A stretch of 64,000 nt of DNA from an uncultured Prevotellaceae bacterium (GCA_902792855.1 CADBBP010000001.1:24784-88783); one strand, 5' to 3'. Positions 45,084 to 55,187 are shown, counted from the first letter of the stretch. Translations and numbers: made by a program. The notes: generated from the letters alone by a model not told the origin.

Positions 45084-45890
45084 ATGAACAACAGACTGAT
45101 ATTCCTTGGCACTGGCAATGCGTTTGTGACGCGCTGCTTCAACACCTGTTTCATCCTTGAGAGCGATGGCAAGCGCCTCATGGTGGACGCCGGCGGAGGC
45201 AATGGCATCCTCCGCCAGATGGAGGATGCAGGAATAAGCTTCGCCTCCATCCACGACCTTTATCTCACCCATGCCCACACCGACCACGTGATGGGTGCCG
45301 TGTGGGTGGTGCGCAAGGTGACAAGCCTCATGTCGCAAGGCAAGTATGAAGGGGTGCTGCACATTTACGGCCATGAGAGGGTGCTTCGCGTGCTTCTGAC
45401 GATGTGCGAGATGATGCTCCCCGGCAAGTTTCTCAAAATGATTGGCGAGCGTGTGCTCACGGTGGAAGTGAAAGACGGCGAGCATTTCGATGCTGCCGGG
45501 ATGCACTTGGTCGCCTTCGACATCCACTCCACGAAGGAGAAGCAATTCGGTTTCACCGCCACTCTTCCTGATGGGACACGTGTGGCTTGCCTCGGCGACG
45601 AGCCTTTCAACGCCCTTTGCCGGGACTATGTAGCCAGTGCCGACTGGCTGTTGAGCGAGGCTTTTTGTCTTTACGATGCTCGCGAGGTGTTCAAACCATA
45701 CGAAAAGCACCACAGCACAGCACTCGACACAGGCCGCCTCGCCAAAGAGCTGGGTGTGCGCCACTTGGTGATGTATCATACTGAAGACAAGACACTTGCA
45801 AGCAGGAAAGAGAACTACTCAAAAGAGGCAGCGAGGGAGTTTGACGGGGAGATTTTCGTGCCCGATGACTTGGAAGTAATATTTTTTTAG
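45084..45890 (+). CDS. MBL-fold metallo-hydrolase
   Basis: It has the LTHAHTDHVMG (HxHxDH) motif and the N-terminal segment LIFLGTGNAF. I prefer the ATG at 45084 over the TTG at 45066. Confidence 0.7.
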   Translation: MNNRLIFLGTGNAFVTRCFNTCFILESDGKRLMVDAGGGNGILRQMEDAGISFASIHDLYLTHAHTDHVMGAVWVVRKVTSLMSQGKYEGVLHIYGHERVLRVLLTMCEMMLPGKFLKMIGERVLTVEVKDGEHFDAAGMHLVAFDIHSTKEKQFGFTATLPDGTRVACLGDEPFNALCRDYVASADWLLSEAFCLYDAREVFKPYEKHHSTALDTGRLAKELGVRHLVMYHTEDKTLASRKENYSKEAAREFDGEIFVPDDLEVIFF

Positions 45891-45933
45891 TTAAATAATA
45901 CAAACAAAAGTAACATTTTCGAGATTTAATATC

Positions 45934-45941
45934 TACTTTTG
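45934..45941 (+). promoter_or_regulatory. Bacteroidota -7 promoter box (TACTTTTG)
   Basis: Exact TAnnTTTG match 44 nt upstream of the ATG at 45985. Confidence 0.4.
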
Positions 45942-45984
45942 CGGCGAGAATTAATTTTATGTTTTACTAAATCAATCGAAAAAA

Positions 45985-46581
45985 ATGAAAAAGTTTTTGT
46001 TTATCGCCGTGGCAGCTGCCGCAGTAACATTCACAAGTTGCACAAATGAGAAAGCTCCTGTTCCCACAGAGCCCGAAGCACCTGAGGTAGAACTCGTTTC
46101 TGAAGACTCTCTGGCCAGCTTCATCGAGGCAGCCGATACGACCGCCATCTCCAACTTCCTCACCGAGGCTCAGGCCAAGATTGAGGAGCTGAAGAACACC
46201 GACCCTGTGAAGGCTAAGGAGTATCTTGCAAAGATCCAGGCTCTTCTGAAAGAGAATGCTGACAAGATCAAGGCATTCGTTGGCACTGGCGCCGTTGCTT
46301 CTGTGATTGACGCAGTGAACAGCCTTCCCGAGATTGAGGTTCCTGACGTGACCGACGCCGCCGCTGAGGCTGTTGAGGGTGCCAAGGATGCTGCCGCTGA
46401 GGCTGTTGACAACGCCAAGGAGGCTGTTGAGGGTGCCGCTGACGCTGCCAAGGACGCCGCTGCTGACGCTGTTGACAACGCCAAGGAGGCTGTCGAGGAT
46501 GCCAAGGACGCTGCCGCCGACAAGGCTGCCGAGGCTGTTGACAAAGCCGCTGACAAAATCAAGGGTGCCATTGGCAAATAA
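45985..46581 (+). CDS. lipoprotein with Ala/Asp/Lys-rich helical repeats
   Basis: The lipobox is VTFTSC. The C-terminal half consists of degenerate repeats, AAEAVEGAKDAAAEAVDNAKEAVEGAADAAKDAAADAVDNAKEAVEDAKDAAADKAAEAVDKAADK. Confidence 0.6.
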   Translation: MKKFLFIAVAAAAVTFTSCTNEKAPVPTEPEAPEVELVSEDSLASFIEAADTTAISNFLTEAQAKIEELKNTDPVKAKEYLAKIQALLKENADKIKAFVGTGAVASVIDAVNSLPEIEVPDVTDAAAEAVEGAKDAAAEAVDNAKEAVEGAADAAKDAAADAVDNAKEAVEDAKDAAADKAAEAVDKAADKIKGAIGK

Positions 46582-46623
46582 TCCCTTTTAGAGAAAGAGA
46601 AAGCTTAGAAAGAAAAGAATTGG

Positions 46624-46652
46624 CGCGGGTGTTTCGACACCCGCGTTTTTTT
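46624..46652 (+). terminator. intrinsic terminator
   Basis: The hairpin cgcgggtg-tttcga-cacccgcg is followed by ttttttt. Confidence 0.75.
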
Positions 46653-46738
46653 GCTTCCTTGTTTGGTCTTGATAACGCGAAAAGACATTCTTCCATCATT
46701 TTTCCCGCCAAAAGCATTGTTGTTGTAAAAAAAATCCG

Positions 46739-46746
46739 TATATTTG
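46739..46746 (+). promoter_or_regulatory. Bacteroidota -7 promoter box (TATATTTG)
   Basis: Exact TAnnTTTG match 33 nt upstream of the ATG at 46779. Confidence 0.4.
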
Positions 46747-46778
46747 CAAACGTATAATTTCTAACCCCCTTTACAATT

Positions 46779-47318
46779 ATGAGAAAAACAACATTATCAG
46801 GCGTTTTGATGCTTATTGCCATCTTCTTCATCTCTTGCAGCAGTGACGCACCCTCACTTGTTGGCAAGTGGCAAATGAAAAAGTCGGAAGTGGACGAGAA
46901 GCAGAAGATTGAGAGCACTTGGGACATGGACTTGAAGGCCGACAACACGTTGTCGATGGCCATTGAGATGCTTCTTGAAGGCGAGTCCGATGGTTTCTCG
47001 ATGAAGCTCCCCATGTCTCTTGCTTTCGACGGCAAGTGGAATTCCACCGACAAGGTCATTGTAATCAGTGCCGACACCACCACTACCAAGTTCGCCATCG
47101 ACAAGGAAAAGATGGACTTCAAGTTCACCAACAAGGAGATGGAGGCATTCAACGACAAAATCAAGAAAACCGTTCTTGAGCAGATGGAACAGTCATTCAA
47201 GGATGACATGATGAAGCAGTTCCTTGGCAAGGACTCTGCAGACTATGTCCTCAATGGTGACAAGCTGCAGTTCATCACCAAGAGCGACACGCTGGATTTC
47301 GAACGTGTGAAAAATTAG
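46779..47318 (+). CDS. small lipoprotein, function unknown
   Basis: The lipobox is IFFISCSSD. The protein is 179 aa and a terminator follows. Confidence 0.6.
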   Translation: MRKTTLSGVLMLIAIFFISCSSDAPSLVGKWQMKKSEVDEKQKIESTWDMDLKADNTLSMAIEMLLEGESDGFSMKLPMSLAFDGKWNSTDKVIVISADTTTTKFAIDKEKMDFKFTNKEMEAFNDKIKKTVLEQMEQSFKDDMMKQFLGKDSADYVLNGDKLQFITKSDTLDFERVKN

Positions 47319-47338
47319 CATTTTACGTCCTTACACTA

Positions 47339-47380
47339 CCAATAAAGCCAAGGTGCAGACCAGCACCTTGGCTTTATTGG
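47339..47380. terminator. bidirectional terminator with a perfect 18-bp stem
   Basis: The hairpin ccaataaagccaaggtgc-agacca-gcaccttggctttattgg lies between convergent genes. Confidence 0.7.
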
Positions 47381-47401
47381 TTTCAATTGATGCCGGGAGT
47401 G

Positions 47402-48250
47402 TTATTTGTTGATAACGTTGACATCGATTTTCTTGCATGGGAACATGAAAGCAAGTCCCTTGAGTTGCTGATAGACAGTCTCATTCATGTAGAAATACAC
47501 CGTCCAGTAGTCCTCGCCCTTGCACCATGTGCGGGTGTTGACAACGACGCCTTTCTCTGCCAGTTCGGTGATGCCAACCCACGGCTCTGCCACCACGGGT
47601 GAGTCTGACACGGGCCCTTGCAGGATGAGCGGACTTGCAGCCTGCACCTTGTTGATGGCCTTTTTCACTGCTTCCAAGTCAGCACCGTAAGCGAAATGGA
47701 AGTCGAGGTCCACCCTGCGGTATTTCTCCGTCGAATAGTTTTTCAAGCTTCCCGTAGAGAGGCCGCCGTTGGGTATGATGATGGTTTGTGCATCGTTGGT
47801 CCGTATGATGGTGTTGAAAATCTGTATCTCCTTCACGGTGCCTTGGAAGCCCTGTGCCTCAATGTAATCGCCCACTTTGAAAGGTTTGAACAGGAGCAGC
47901 ATCACACCCCCGGCGAAGTTCTGCAGCGTGCCGCTCAAAGCCAAGCCTACAGCGACACCGGCGGAAGCAAAAAGTGCGATGAACGAGGAAGTCTCTATTC
48001 CGAGGATGGAAATGATGATGATGATGAGGCAGAACCACAACACCACGCTGACGATGCTCTTGAGGAATGAAGCGAGGGATGGCTCCACCTTGCTCTTCTT
48101 GAGCATTTTGGAAACCAGTTTGGTGACCCATTTGATGATGCACTTTCCGACGAGATAGACAACGACGGCTAAAAACAAACTTTTGCAGAAGCTGAGTGCC
48201 CACTGACCCAACATGGAGTAGGTTTCGGGCGAGAAGATTTTTTCCAACAT
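47402..48250 (-). CDS. mscS: small-conductance mechanosensitive channel (MscS family)
   Basis: It has three N-terminal TM helices, then LLLFKPFKVGDYIE and the beta-domain motif TIIRTNDAQTIIIPNG, which are typical of MscS. Confidence 0.8.
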   Translation of the reverse strand: MLEKIFSPETYSMLGQWALSFCKSLFLAVVVYLVGKCIIKWVTKLVSKMLKKSKVEPSLASFLKSIVSVVLWFCLIIIIISILGIETSSFIALFASAGVAVGLALSGTLQNFAGGVMLLLFKPFKVGDYIEAQGFQGTVKEIQIFNTIIRTNDAQTIIIPNGGLSTGSLKNYSTEKYRRVDLDFHFAYGADLEAVKKAINKVQAASPLILQGPVSDSPVVAEPWVGITELAEKGVVVNTRTWCKGEDYWTVYFYMNETVYQQLKGLAFMFPCKKIDVNVINK

Positions 48251-48288
48251 GTTTTACGGCGAGAAGATTTTTTCAAGCATGTTTTACG
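48221..48288 (-). repeat. 30-bp tandem duplication (2 copies plus an 8-bp third start) spanning the mscS start codon
   Basis: 48221-48250 and 48251-48280 match at 25 of 30 positions, and 48281-48288 repeats the first 8 nt again. On the coding strand the upstream copy reads ATG CTT GAA AAA ATC TTC TCG CCG TAA (MLEKIFSP-stop), which equals residues 1-8 of MscS. Confidence 0.9.
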
Positions 48289-48349
48289 TTTTTAAGGATT
48301 AGAAATGATAAGATTAGATGGATGCCAAGACAAAAGTGGCAATTCGTTG

Positions 48350-48357
48350 CAAATTTA
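48350..48357 (-). promoter_or_regulatory. Bacteroidota -7 promoter box (TAAATTTG)
   Basis: Exact TAnnTTTG match on the minus strand, upstream of both copies of the duplicated mscS start. Confidence 0.35.
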
Positions 48358-48586
48358 GTATTTTTTCATTTCATTTGCAAGTCTTTGTCACTTTTTTTGC
48401 GTTTGGATGGCTGTTGTCCCTTTCAAATCTTTTCACATTGCTGAATGAAGTCTGCAAGCTGCACATGACAGATGACACATTATATGGCAATTACATAGGA
48501 GGTATGTTTTACACACATCGTCATCTATTTTTCATCGCTCTCACAGAAAAAGCCGTGTCATTTTTGGTGTATTCGCAAATTGTTGC

Positions 48587-48594
48587 TACCTTTG
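48587..48594 (+). promoter_or_regulatory. Bacteroidota -7 promoter box (TACCTTTG)
   Basis: Exact TAnnTTTG match 25 nt upstream of the ATG at 48619. Confidence 0.45.
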
Positions 48595-48618
48595 CACTTC
48601 CACATACTACCATGAACC

Positions 48619-50025
48619 ATGTTTAGCAAAGAAGTTTATATCAACCGCCGTGCCGAGCTCAAAAAACTTGTGGGCTCCGGCATCGTCGTTTTGTTCGGCA
48701 ACAACGAGTCGCCTTGCAACTATCCCGCCAATAGTTACCACCCTATGCGCCAGGACTCCACGTTTCTCTACTATTTTGGTCAGAAGCGCGATGGCTTGGT
48801 GGGCGTAATCGATATTGACAACGACACAGAGACGCTCATCGGTGACGACATCGACATCGAGGACATCGTGTGGTATGGCAGTGTTGACAGCGTTGCCGAC
48901 CTTGCCAGCCAAGTGGGCGTCGCCCATTCCGCCCCGATGTCACAATTGAAAACCCTGTGCGACGCCGCCCGCGGCAAGCGCACCATCCATTTCCTACCCC
49001 CCTACCGCCACGACATCAAAATCCAACTGATGGACCTGCTCGGCATCCATCCCTCCCTTCAGAAAGCCGCCGCCTCCATGGCCCTCATCCGTGCCGTTGT
49101 GAAGATGCGCTCCACGAAGTCTCCCTTGGAGATAGAGGCCATCGAGGAAGCCTGCACCATCGGCTACCAGATGCACACCACGGCGATGTCGTTGGTGCGT
49201 CCCGGAGTGACGGAGAAATACATTGGCGGCCAAATTGACGGCATCGCCTACTCTTACGGTGCCATGATGAGCTTTGCCACCATCTTCTCCCAGCATGGCG
49301 AAATCATGCACGGTGCCCCCTCCATGGCACAGTTGGAGGATGGTCGCCTGGTATTGTGCGACTGCGGTGCAGAGACGATGGAGCACTACTGCTCCGACAA
49401 CACCCGCACCATGCCGGTGAACGGCAAGTTCACCCAGCGTCAATTGGAAATCTACTCCATCGTGGAGGCCTGCCACGACTATGTGCTTGAGGTGGCCCGC
49501 CCCGGGGTGAAATACATGGACGTGCATTTCGCCGTCTGCCGCCTGATGACCGACCGCCTGAAGGAACTCGGCTTGATGCGTGGCGACACGGAGGAGGCCG
49601 TGCGCGCCGGCGCCCATGCCATGTTCCTCCCCCACGGCTTGGGGCACATGATGGGCATGGACGTGCATGACATGGAGGGCCTGGACCAAATAAACGTGGG
49701 GTTCGACGAAGAGACACGCCCCATCCTCGACCAGTTTGGCACCAACTGCCTGCGCATGGGCCGTCGCCTGCAGGAAGGCTTCGTGGTGACCGACGAGCCA
49801 GGCATCTATTTCATCCCCGCCCTCATCGACGACTGGAAACAGTCGGGCCATTGTGCGGAGTTCCTCAATTTCGACATGCTGGAGAGCTACAAGGATTTCG
49901 GTGGCATCCGCATCGAGGACGACGTGCTCATCACCTCCGACGGCTGCCGCTTCTTAGGCAAGGAGCGCATTCCCTATCATCCCAAGGACGTGGAGGAATA
50001 CATGGCTTCGCACCGGCAGGCATAA
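48619..50025 (+). CDS. pepP: Xaa-Pro aminopeptidase (M24B)
   Basis: It has an N-terminal creatinase-like domain and the M24 metal ligands in context (LCDCGAE, HGLGHMMGMDVHD, EPGIYF, IRIEDDV). Confidence 0.8.
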   Translation: MFSKEVYINRRAELKKLVGSGIVVLFGNNESPCNYPANSYHPMRQDSTFLYYFGQKRDGLVGVIDIDNDTETLIGDDIDIEDIVWYGSVDSVADLASQVGVAHSAPMSQLKTLCDAARGKRTIHFLPPYRHDIKIQLMDLLGIHPSLQKAAASMALIRAVVKMRSTKSPLEIEAIEEACTIGYQMHTTAMSLVRPGVTEKYIGGQIDGIAYSYGAMMSFATIFSQHGEIMHGAPSMAQLEDGRLVLCDCGAETMEHYCSDNTRTMPVNGKFTQRQLEIYSIVEACHDYVLEVARPGVKYMDVHFAVCRLMTDRLKELGLMRGDTEEAVRAGAHAMFLPHGLGHMMGMDVHDMEGLDQINVGFDEETRPILDQFGTNCLRMGRRLQEGFVVTDEPGIYFIPALIDDWKQSGHCAEFLNFDMLESYKDFGGIRIEDDVLITSDGCRFLGKERIPYHPKDVEEYMASHRQA

Positions 50026-50067
50026 GCCCCACAAAAAGAAGATTATTCACACAAAACACAATTCTAT

Positions 50068-51288
50068 ATGAGAAAAGTCATCATGATGGCGCTGGCCGCC
50101 CTTGTGGCCATGAGCGCCTCCGCCCAAGAAGAGAAGAAAAACAACAAGCCCGTGTTCACCACGGTGAAGGAGATTCCCATCACAAGCATCAAGGACCAGA
50201 ACCGCTCCGGCACCTGCTGGGACTACTCCACCCTGAGCTATTTCGAGGCCGAAATCCTCAAGGCCACAGGCAAGACCTATGACCTCTGCGAGAGCTTCGT
50301 AGCTAACAAGACTTACATGGACCGTGCCATACAGGTCGTCCGTCTCCATGGCGACTGCCAGTTTGCCCAGGGCGGCAGTGCCTACGACGTGCTCTACGCA
50401 CTGAAGAACTACGGCATCTGCCCGGAGGATGCCATGCCCTTCCCCGGCAGCCTCTACGGCGACTCACTGAACAATTTCAACGAGTTCTTCAGCCTGTTGA
50501 GCCCATACGTGAACGCAGTGGCCAAGAACAGTGCCAGCAAGATTTCCACCCAGTGGAAGCCGGGCCTGCAAGGCATCCTCGACGCCTATCTGGGTGTCTG
50601 CCCCGAAGAGTTCAAATACGAGGGCAAGAGCTACACCCCGAAGACCTTCATGAGCAGCCTTGGCATCAACCTCGACGACTACGTGTCGATTACAAGCTAC
50701 ACCCACAAGCCCTTCTACACACAGTTTGCCGTGGAGGTTCAGGACAACTGGCGCAACCCGCTGTCATGGAACCTTCCCATGGATGACATGATGCGCATCA
50801 TCGACAACGCCGTGGAGAAAGGCTACACCGTGGCCTGGGGCGGTGACGTCTCCGAAGAAGGCTTCACCCGCAAGGGTCTGGCCTACGCCATCGACTCGAA
50901 GAAGGCACAAAGCCTCGCCGGCAGCGACATGGCCCGCTGGCTGAAACTCACCCGCGTGGAGAAGACCAACCTGCTCGACTCCCTGGGATGCACCGTTCCT
51001 GAAATCACCCCGACGCAGGAGCGCCGCCAGTTGCGCTATGACAACTGGGAGCTCACCGACGACCATGGCATGCTCATCTACGGCCTCGCCAAGGACCAAA
51101 ACGGCAAGGAGTACTACATGGTGAAAAACTCATGGGGCGAGGCTGGCGACTACAAGGGCATCTGGTACATGACCAAAGCCTTCATCGCCGACAACACCAT
51201 GGACTACTTGGTGAACATCAACGCCATCCCCAAGGACATCCTCAAGAAGATGCAGGACGCCCGCAAAAACCAAGGATTGGGCGACTAA
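50068..51288 (+). CDS. C1B-type cysteine peptidase (aminopeptidase C-like) with a signal peptide, second paralogue
   Basis: Signal peptide MRKVIMMALAALVAMSASAQ. The active-site region is QNRSGTCWDYSTLSYFEAE, and DHGMLIYG and VKNSWG lie near the C-terminus. Confidence 0.7.
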   Translation: MRKVIMMALAALVAMSASAQEEKKNNKPVFTTVKEIPITSIKDQNRSGTCWDYSTLSYFEAEILKATGKTYDLCESFVANKTYMDRAIQVVRLHGDCQFAQGGSAYDVLYALKNYGICPEDAMPFPGSLYGDSLNNFNEFFSLLSPYVNAVAKNSASKISTQWKPGLQGILDAYLGVCPEEFKYEGKSYTPKTFMSSLGINLDDYVSITSYTHKPFYTQFAVEVQDNWRNPLSWNLPMDDMMRIIDNAVEKGYTVAWGGDVSEEGFTRKGLAYAIDSKKAQSLAGSDMARWLKLTRVEKTNLLDSLGCTVPEITPTQERRQLRYDNWELTDDHGMLIYGLAKDQNGKEYYMVKNSWGEAGDYKGIWYMTKAFIADNTMDYLVNINAIPKDILKKMQDARKNQGLGD

Positions 51289-51313
51289 AACCAGCATTCA
51301 AGCAATTATCCTT

Positions 51314-51349
51314 CAACAGGCTTCACCGGGATAGCGGTGAAGCCTGTTG
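51314..51349 (+). terminator. terminator-like hairpin with a 14-bp stem
   Basis: The hairpin is caacaggcttcacc-gggatagc-ggtgaagcctgttg. The U-run is weak. Confidence 0.5.
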
Positions 51350-51548
51350 GCGTTTGAACAGCCATGCGATGCATCTCGACATGCATCCCGATATGATAAA
51401 TAATGTAAAAAAATCGTGGAAAAAGTGGTTATGTTGTGATTTATTTGTATCTTTACACGCAATTTGCCGTATTGTGGCATCATCCGTCTTTGGCATGACA
51501 CATTGCCAGAGGCTTCTGAGAGCAGAAAACAAAATAAAAATAACATAA

Positions 51549-53297
51549 ATGCACTTTAAATGGAATTACGAACCACCTACACCAGACGAGAAGAAAGCAG
51601 CTGACGAGCTGGCCGAGAAGATAGGCATGAACCCTGTCCTCGCATCGCTCCTCATCAGGCGTGGCATCACCACCGAGTCGGCGGCCAAGCGCTTTTTCCG
51701 CCCGCAATTGGCCGACCTCATCAATCCCTACCTCATGAAGGACATGGACGTCGCCGTGGACCGGCTGAACGACGCCATGGGCCGCAAGGAGAGGATATTG
51801 GTATATGGCGACTACGACGTGGACGGATGCACGGCGGTAGCCTTGGTGTACAAGTTTCTTCAGCAATTCTACTCCAACATCGACTACTACATTCCCGACC
51901 GCTATGACGAGGGCTACGGCATCAGCAAGAAGGGGTTGGAGTATGCGAAGGAAACCGGTGTAAAACTCATCATCATCCTCGACTGCGGCATCAAGGCCAT
52001 CGAGGAGATAGCCAATGCCAAGCGTCTTGGCATCGATTTCATCATTTGCGACCATCACGTTCCCGACGAAGTGATGCCAGATGCCGTGGCCATCCTCAAC
52101 CCGAAGAGGCAGGATGACACCTACCCTTTCAAGCATTTGTGCGGTTGCGGCGTGGGATTCAAGTTCATGCAGGCTTTCGCCAAGAACAACGACATCCCCT
52201 TTTCACGCCTCATCCCCCTTCTCGACTTCTGTGCCGTGAGCATCGCCGCCGACATCGTCCCGGTGACAGAGGAGAACCGCATCCTCGCCTTCCACGGCCT
52301 GAAACAACTCAACCAGAACCCGAGCATCGGCCTGAAGGCCATCATCGACATCTGCGGCCTCAGCGGCCGTGAGATATCGATGAGCGACATCGTGTTCAAG
52401 ATTGGCCCCCGCATCAACGCCTCCGGACGTATGGAGAACGGCAAGGAGAGCGTGGACCTGCTCATCGAGCGCGACTTTGGCACCGCCCTGCGCAAGGCGC
52501 GCCACATCAACCATTACAACGAGCAGCGCAAGGACATCGACAAGCAGATGACGGAGGAGGCCAACCAGATTGTGGCAAAGCTGGAGAGCCAGAAACATCA
52601 GTCGAGCATCGTGCTCTACGACGAGAACTGGAAGAAGGGCGTGATAGGCATCGTGGCGTCGCGACTGACAGAAATCTACTTCCGCCCCACGGTGGTGCTC
52701 ACCCGCGACGGCGCCTTGGCCACCGGCTCCGCCCGCAGCGTCGCCGGCTTCGACGTCTATTCCGCCGTCAAGCACTGCCGCGACCTTCTCCTCAACTTCG
52801 GTGGTCACACCTACGCCGCCGGCCTGACCTTGCGATGGAGCGACATCAAATCCTTCCGTGAGAAGTTCCAGCATTACGTGGAAGAGCACATCACCCCGGA
52901 ACAGACGGAGGCCATCCTCAACATCGACGCCATGATCGACTTCCGCGACATCTCCTCCAAGCGTCTTTACAACGACTTGAAACGCTTCGCCCCCTTCGGA
53001 CCCGGCAATGAAAAGCCCCTCTTCTGCACCGTCGGCGTTTATGACTTCGGCACGAGCAAGGTGGTGGGCCGCGACCAGGAGCACATCAAGCTGGAGTTGG
53101 TTGACTCGAAGTCGAGCCATGTGATGAACGGCATCGCCTTCGGCCAGAGTGCAGCCGCCCGCTACATCAAGTCCAAGCGAAGCTTCGACATCGTCTATAC
53201 CATCGAGGAGAACATCTACAAACACGGCACCGTGCAACTGCAGATAGAGGACATCCGCCAGACGGAGGAGGAGCCATCCGAAGCAAAGCAACCATAA
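51549..53297 (+). CDS. recJ: single-stranded-DNA-specific exonuclease RecJ
   Basis: It has DHH motifs (VYGDYDVDGCT, ILDCG, ICDHH) and a DHHA1 region (GGHTYAAG). The protein is 582 aa. Confidence 0.9.
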   Translation: MHFKWNYEPPTPDEKKAADELAEKIGMNPVLASLLIRRGITTESAAKRFFRPQLADLINPYLMKDMDVAVDRLNDAMGRKERILVYGDYDVDGCTAVALVYKFLQQFYSNIDYYIPDRYDEGYGISKKGLEYAKETGVKLIIILDCGIKAIEEIANAKRLGIDFIICDHHVPDEVMPDAVAILNPKRQDDTYPFKHLCGCGVGFKFMQAFAKNNDIPFSRLIPLLDFCAVSIAADIVPVTEENRILAFHGLKQLNQNPSIGLKAIIDICGLSGREISMSDIVFKIGPRINASGRMENGKESVDLLIERDFGTALRKARHINHYNEQRKDIDKQMTEEANQIVAKLESQKHQSSIVLYDENWKKGVIGIVASRLTEIYFRPTVVLTRDGALATGSARSVAGFDVYSAVKHCRDLLLNFGGHTYAAGLTLRWSDIKSFREKFQHYVEEHITPEQTEAILNIDAMIDFRDISSKRLYNDLKRFAPFGPGNEKPLFCTVGVYDFGTSKVVGRDQEHIKLELVDSKSSHVMNGIAFGQSAAARYIKSKRSFDIVYTIEENIYKHGTVQLQIEDIRQTEEEPSEAKQP

Positions 53298-53304
53298 CCC
53301 GGCG

Positions 53305-55187
53305 GTGGTGGACAAGTACCGTGCTACCCTGCGCAAGTACTGGGGCTACGACGACTTCCGCGGCATCCAGCGCGAGATCATCGAGAGCATCGACAGCGGC
53401 CACGACACGCTGGGCCTCATGCCCACGGGTGGCGGCAAAAGCATCACCTTCCAGGTGCCTGCGATGCTCCACGAGGGTGTCTGCTTGGTGGTGACACCCC
53501 TCATCGCATTGATGAAGGACCAGGTGAGCCACCTTCGTGCGAAAGGCATCCTGGCCTCCGCCATCTATTCCGGCATGAGCCACCAGGAGATTGTCACGAC
53601 GCTCGACAACGCCGTCTTCGGTGGTGTGGACATCCTTTATGTCTCGCCCGAGCGCCTGGCTTCCGAACTTTTCCTTATCAAGCTCCGCCACATGCGGGTG
53701 AGTTTCATCACCGTCGATGAGGCCCACTGCATCAGCCAGTGGGGCTACGACTTCCGCCCCTCCTACCTCCGCATCGCCGACATCCGCCACATCAAGCCGG
53801 AGGCCCCGGTGCTGGCCCTGACGGCCACCGCCACCCCCCAGGTGGTGGACGACATCCAGGAACGCTTGGCTTTCAAGGAGAAGCGCGTGTTCCGCATGAG
53901 CTTCGAGCGCAAGAACTTGGCATACGTCGTTCGGCAAACCACCGACAAGCAAGCAGAGTTGCTCCACATCCTCTCCTCCGTTCCCGGCAGTGCCATCGTC
54001 TATGCCCGCAGCCGCAAGCGCACGAAGGACACGTCGGAATGGCTCAACGCTTGCGGAGTGAGCGCCACCTTCTACCACGCCGGACTGGAGAGCGGTGTGA
54101 AAGACCAGCGCCAGAAGGAGTGGCAGGCGGGCAAGGTGCGCGTGATGGTGGCCACCAATGCCTTTGGCATGGGCATCGACAAACCCGATGTACGCATGGT
54201 GGCACACATCGACTGCCCGGACTCCCTGGAGGCTTATTTCCAAGAGGCCGGCCGTGCTGGTCGCGATGGGAAGAAGGCTTACGCCGTGCTGCTCTACAAC
54301 TCTTCCGACAAGCGAAAGTTGACGAAGCGCATCAGCGACACCTTCCCCACAAAGGAGTATGTCCGAGAGGTTTACGACCACCTGGCCGATTTCTTCCAGA
54401 TGGGCGTAGGCGGCGGCGAAGGCACCACGCATGAGTTTGACATCGACAAGTTCTGCCGCAATTTCCACCATTTCCCCGTCCATGTGGACGCCGCACTGAA
54501 AATCCTCCAGCGTGCCGGCTACCTGGAATATGATGCCGACCCGGACAACAACGCCCGTTTGCGCTTCATGCTCGCACGCGACCAACTCTACCTCTTGGAG
54601 AACACCTCGCCCACAGAGGAGCGGGTGATTGACGCCCTGCTGCGCCTCTACGGCGGCCTTTTCTCCGACTACTGCTTCATCGACGAGAGTGCCGTGGCCT
54701 ACAAAGCCGGCATAGACAGCAGCACCGTCTATATGACGCTCAAGGGGTTGGGCAAGCGCCGCATCGTGCATTTCATCCCCCGTCGCCAGATGCCCGCCAT
54801 CTACTACACGCAGCGGCGCGAGGATGGGCACCGTCTCATGCTCACCCGCGACGTGTATGAGGACCGCAAGGAAAGCTACGAGGCACGCATCGGCAGCATG
54901 GTGGACTATGCCACCAACGACAGCGTGTGCCGCGATATTTCGGTGAGACGCGCTCCACCGACTGCGGGCAGTGCGACGTCTGTCTGACCCATACCCCACC
55001 GCCCGGTGCCGAACAAGCGGTAAATAGTGCGAGAGAGCGCATTCTCCAATTACTTGCCGACCACCAACGCCACCACATCGCCGAGCTACACGGCTTGCAG
55101 CTGCCCCGCCAACAACTCGACACCGCACTGCAAGGCCTCCTCCACGAGGAGCAGATACACATTTCGGGGGCATTCATAACAAGATGA
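53305..55187 (+). pseudogene. recQ: RecQ-family DNA helicase, reading frame broken at the Zn-binding motif (near 54931-54936)
   Basis: It has FRGIQREII, MPTGGGKS, VDEAHCISQWGYDFRP, ATNAFGMGIDKPDVR and the QEAGRAGRDG helicase motifs. The first frame ends at 54987 after ...NDSVCRDISV. The expected continuation RYFGETRSTDCGQCDVCL plus about 70 more residues sits in the -1 frame up to 55187. The putative start is a GTG. Confidence 0.8.

Noticed and set aside
53167-55173. A 668-aa minus-strand ORF opposite recQ, and a 377-aa ORF at 52203..53336 opposite recJ.
   Set aside because: The plus-strand products carry complete RecQ and RecJ motif sets. The antisense translations have Arg/Ala/Gly-rich compositions typical of out-of-frame or antisense reading.
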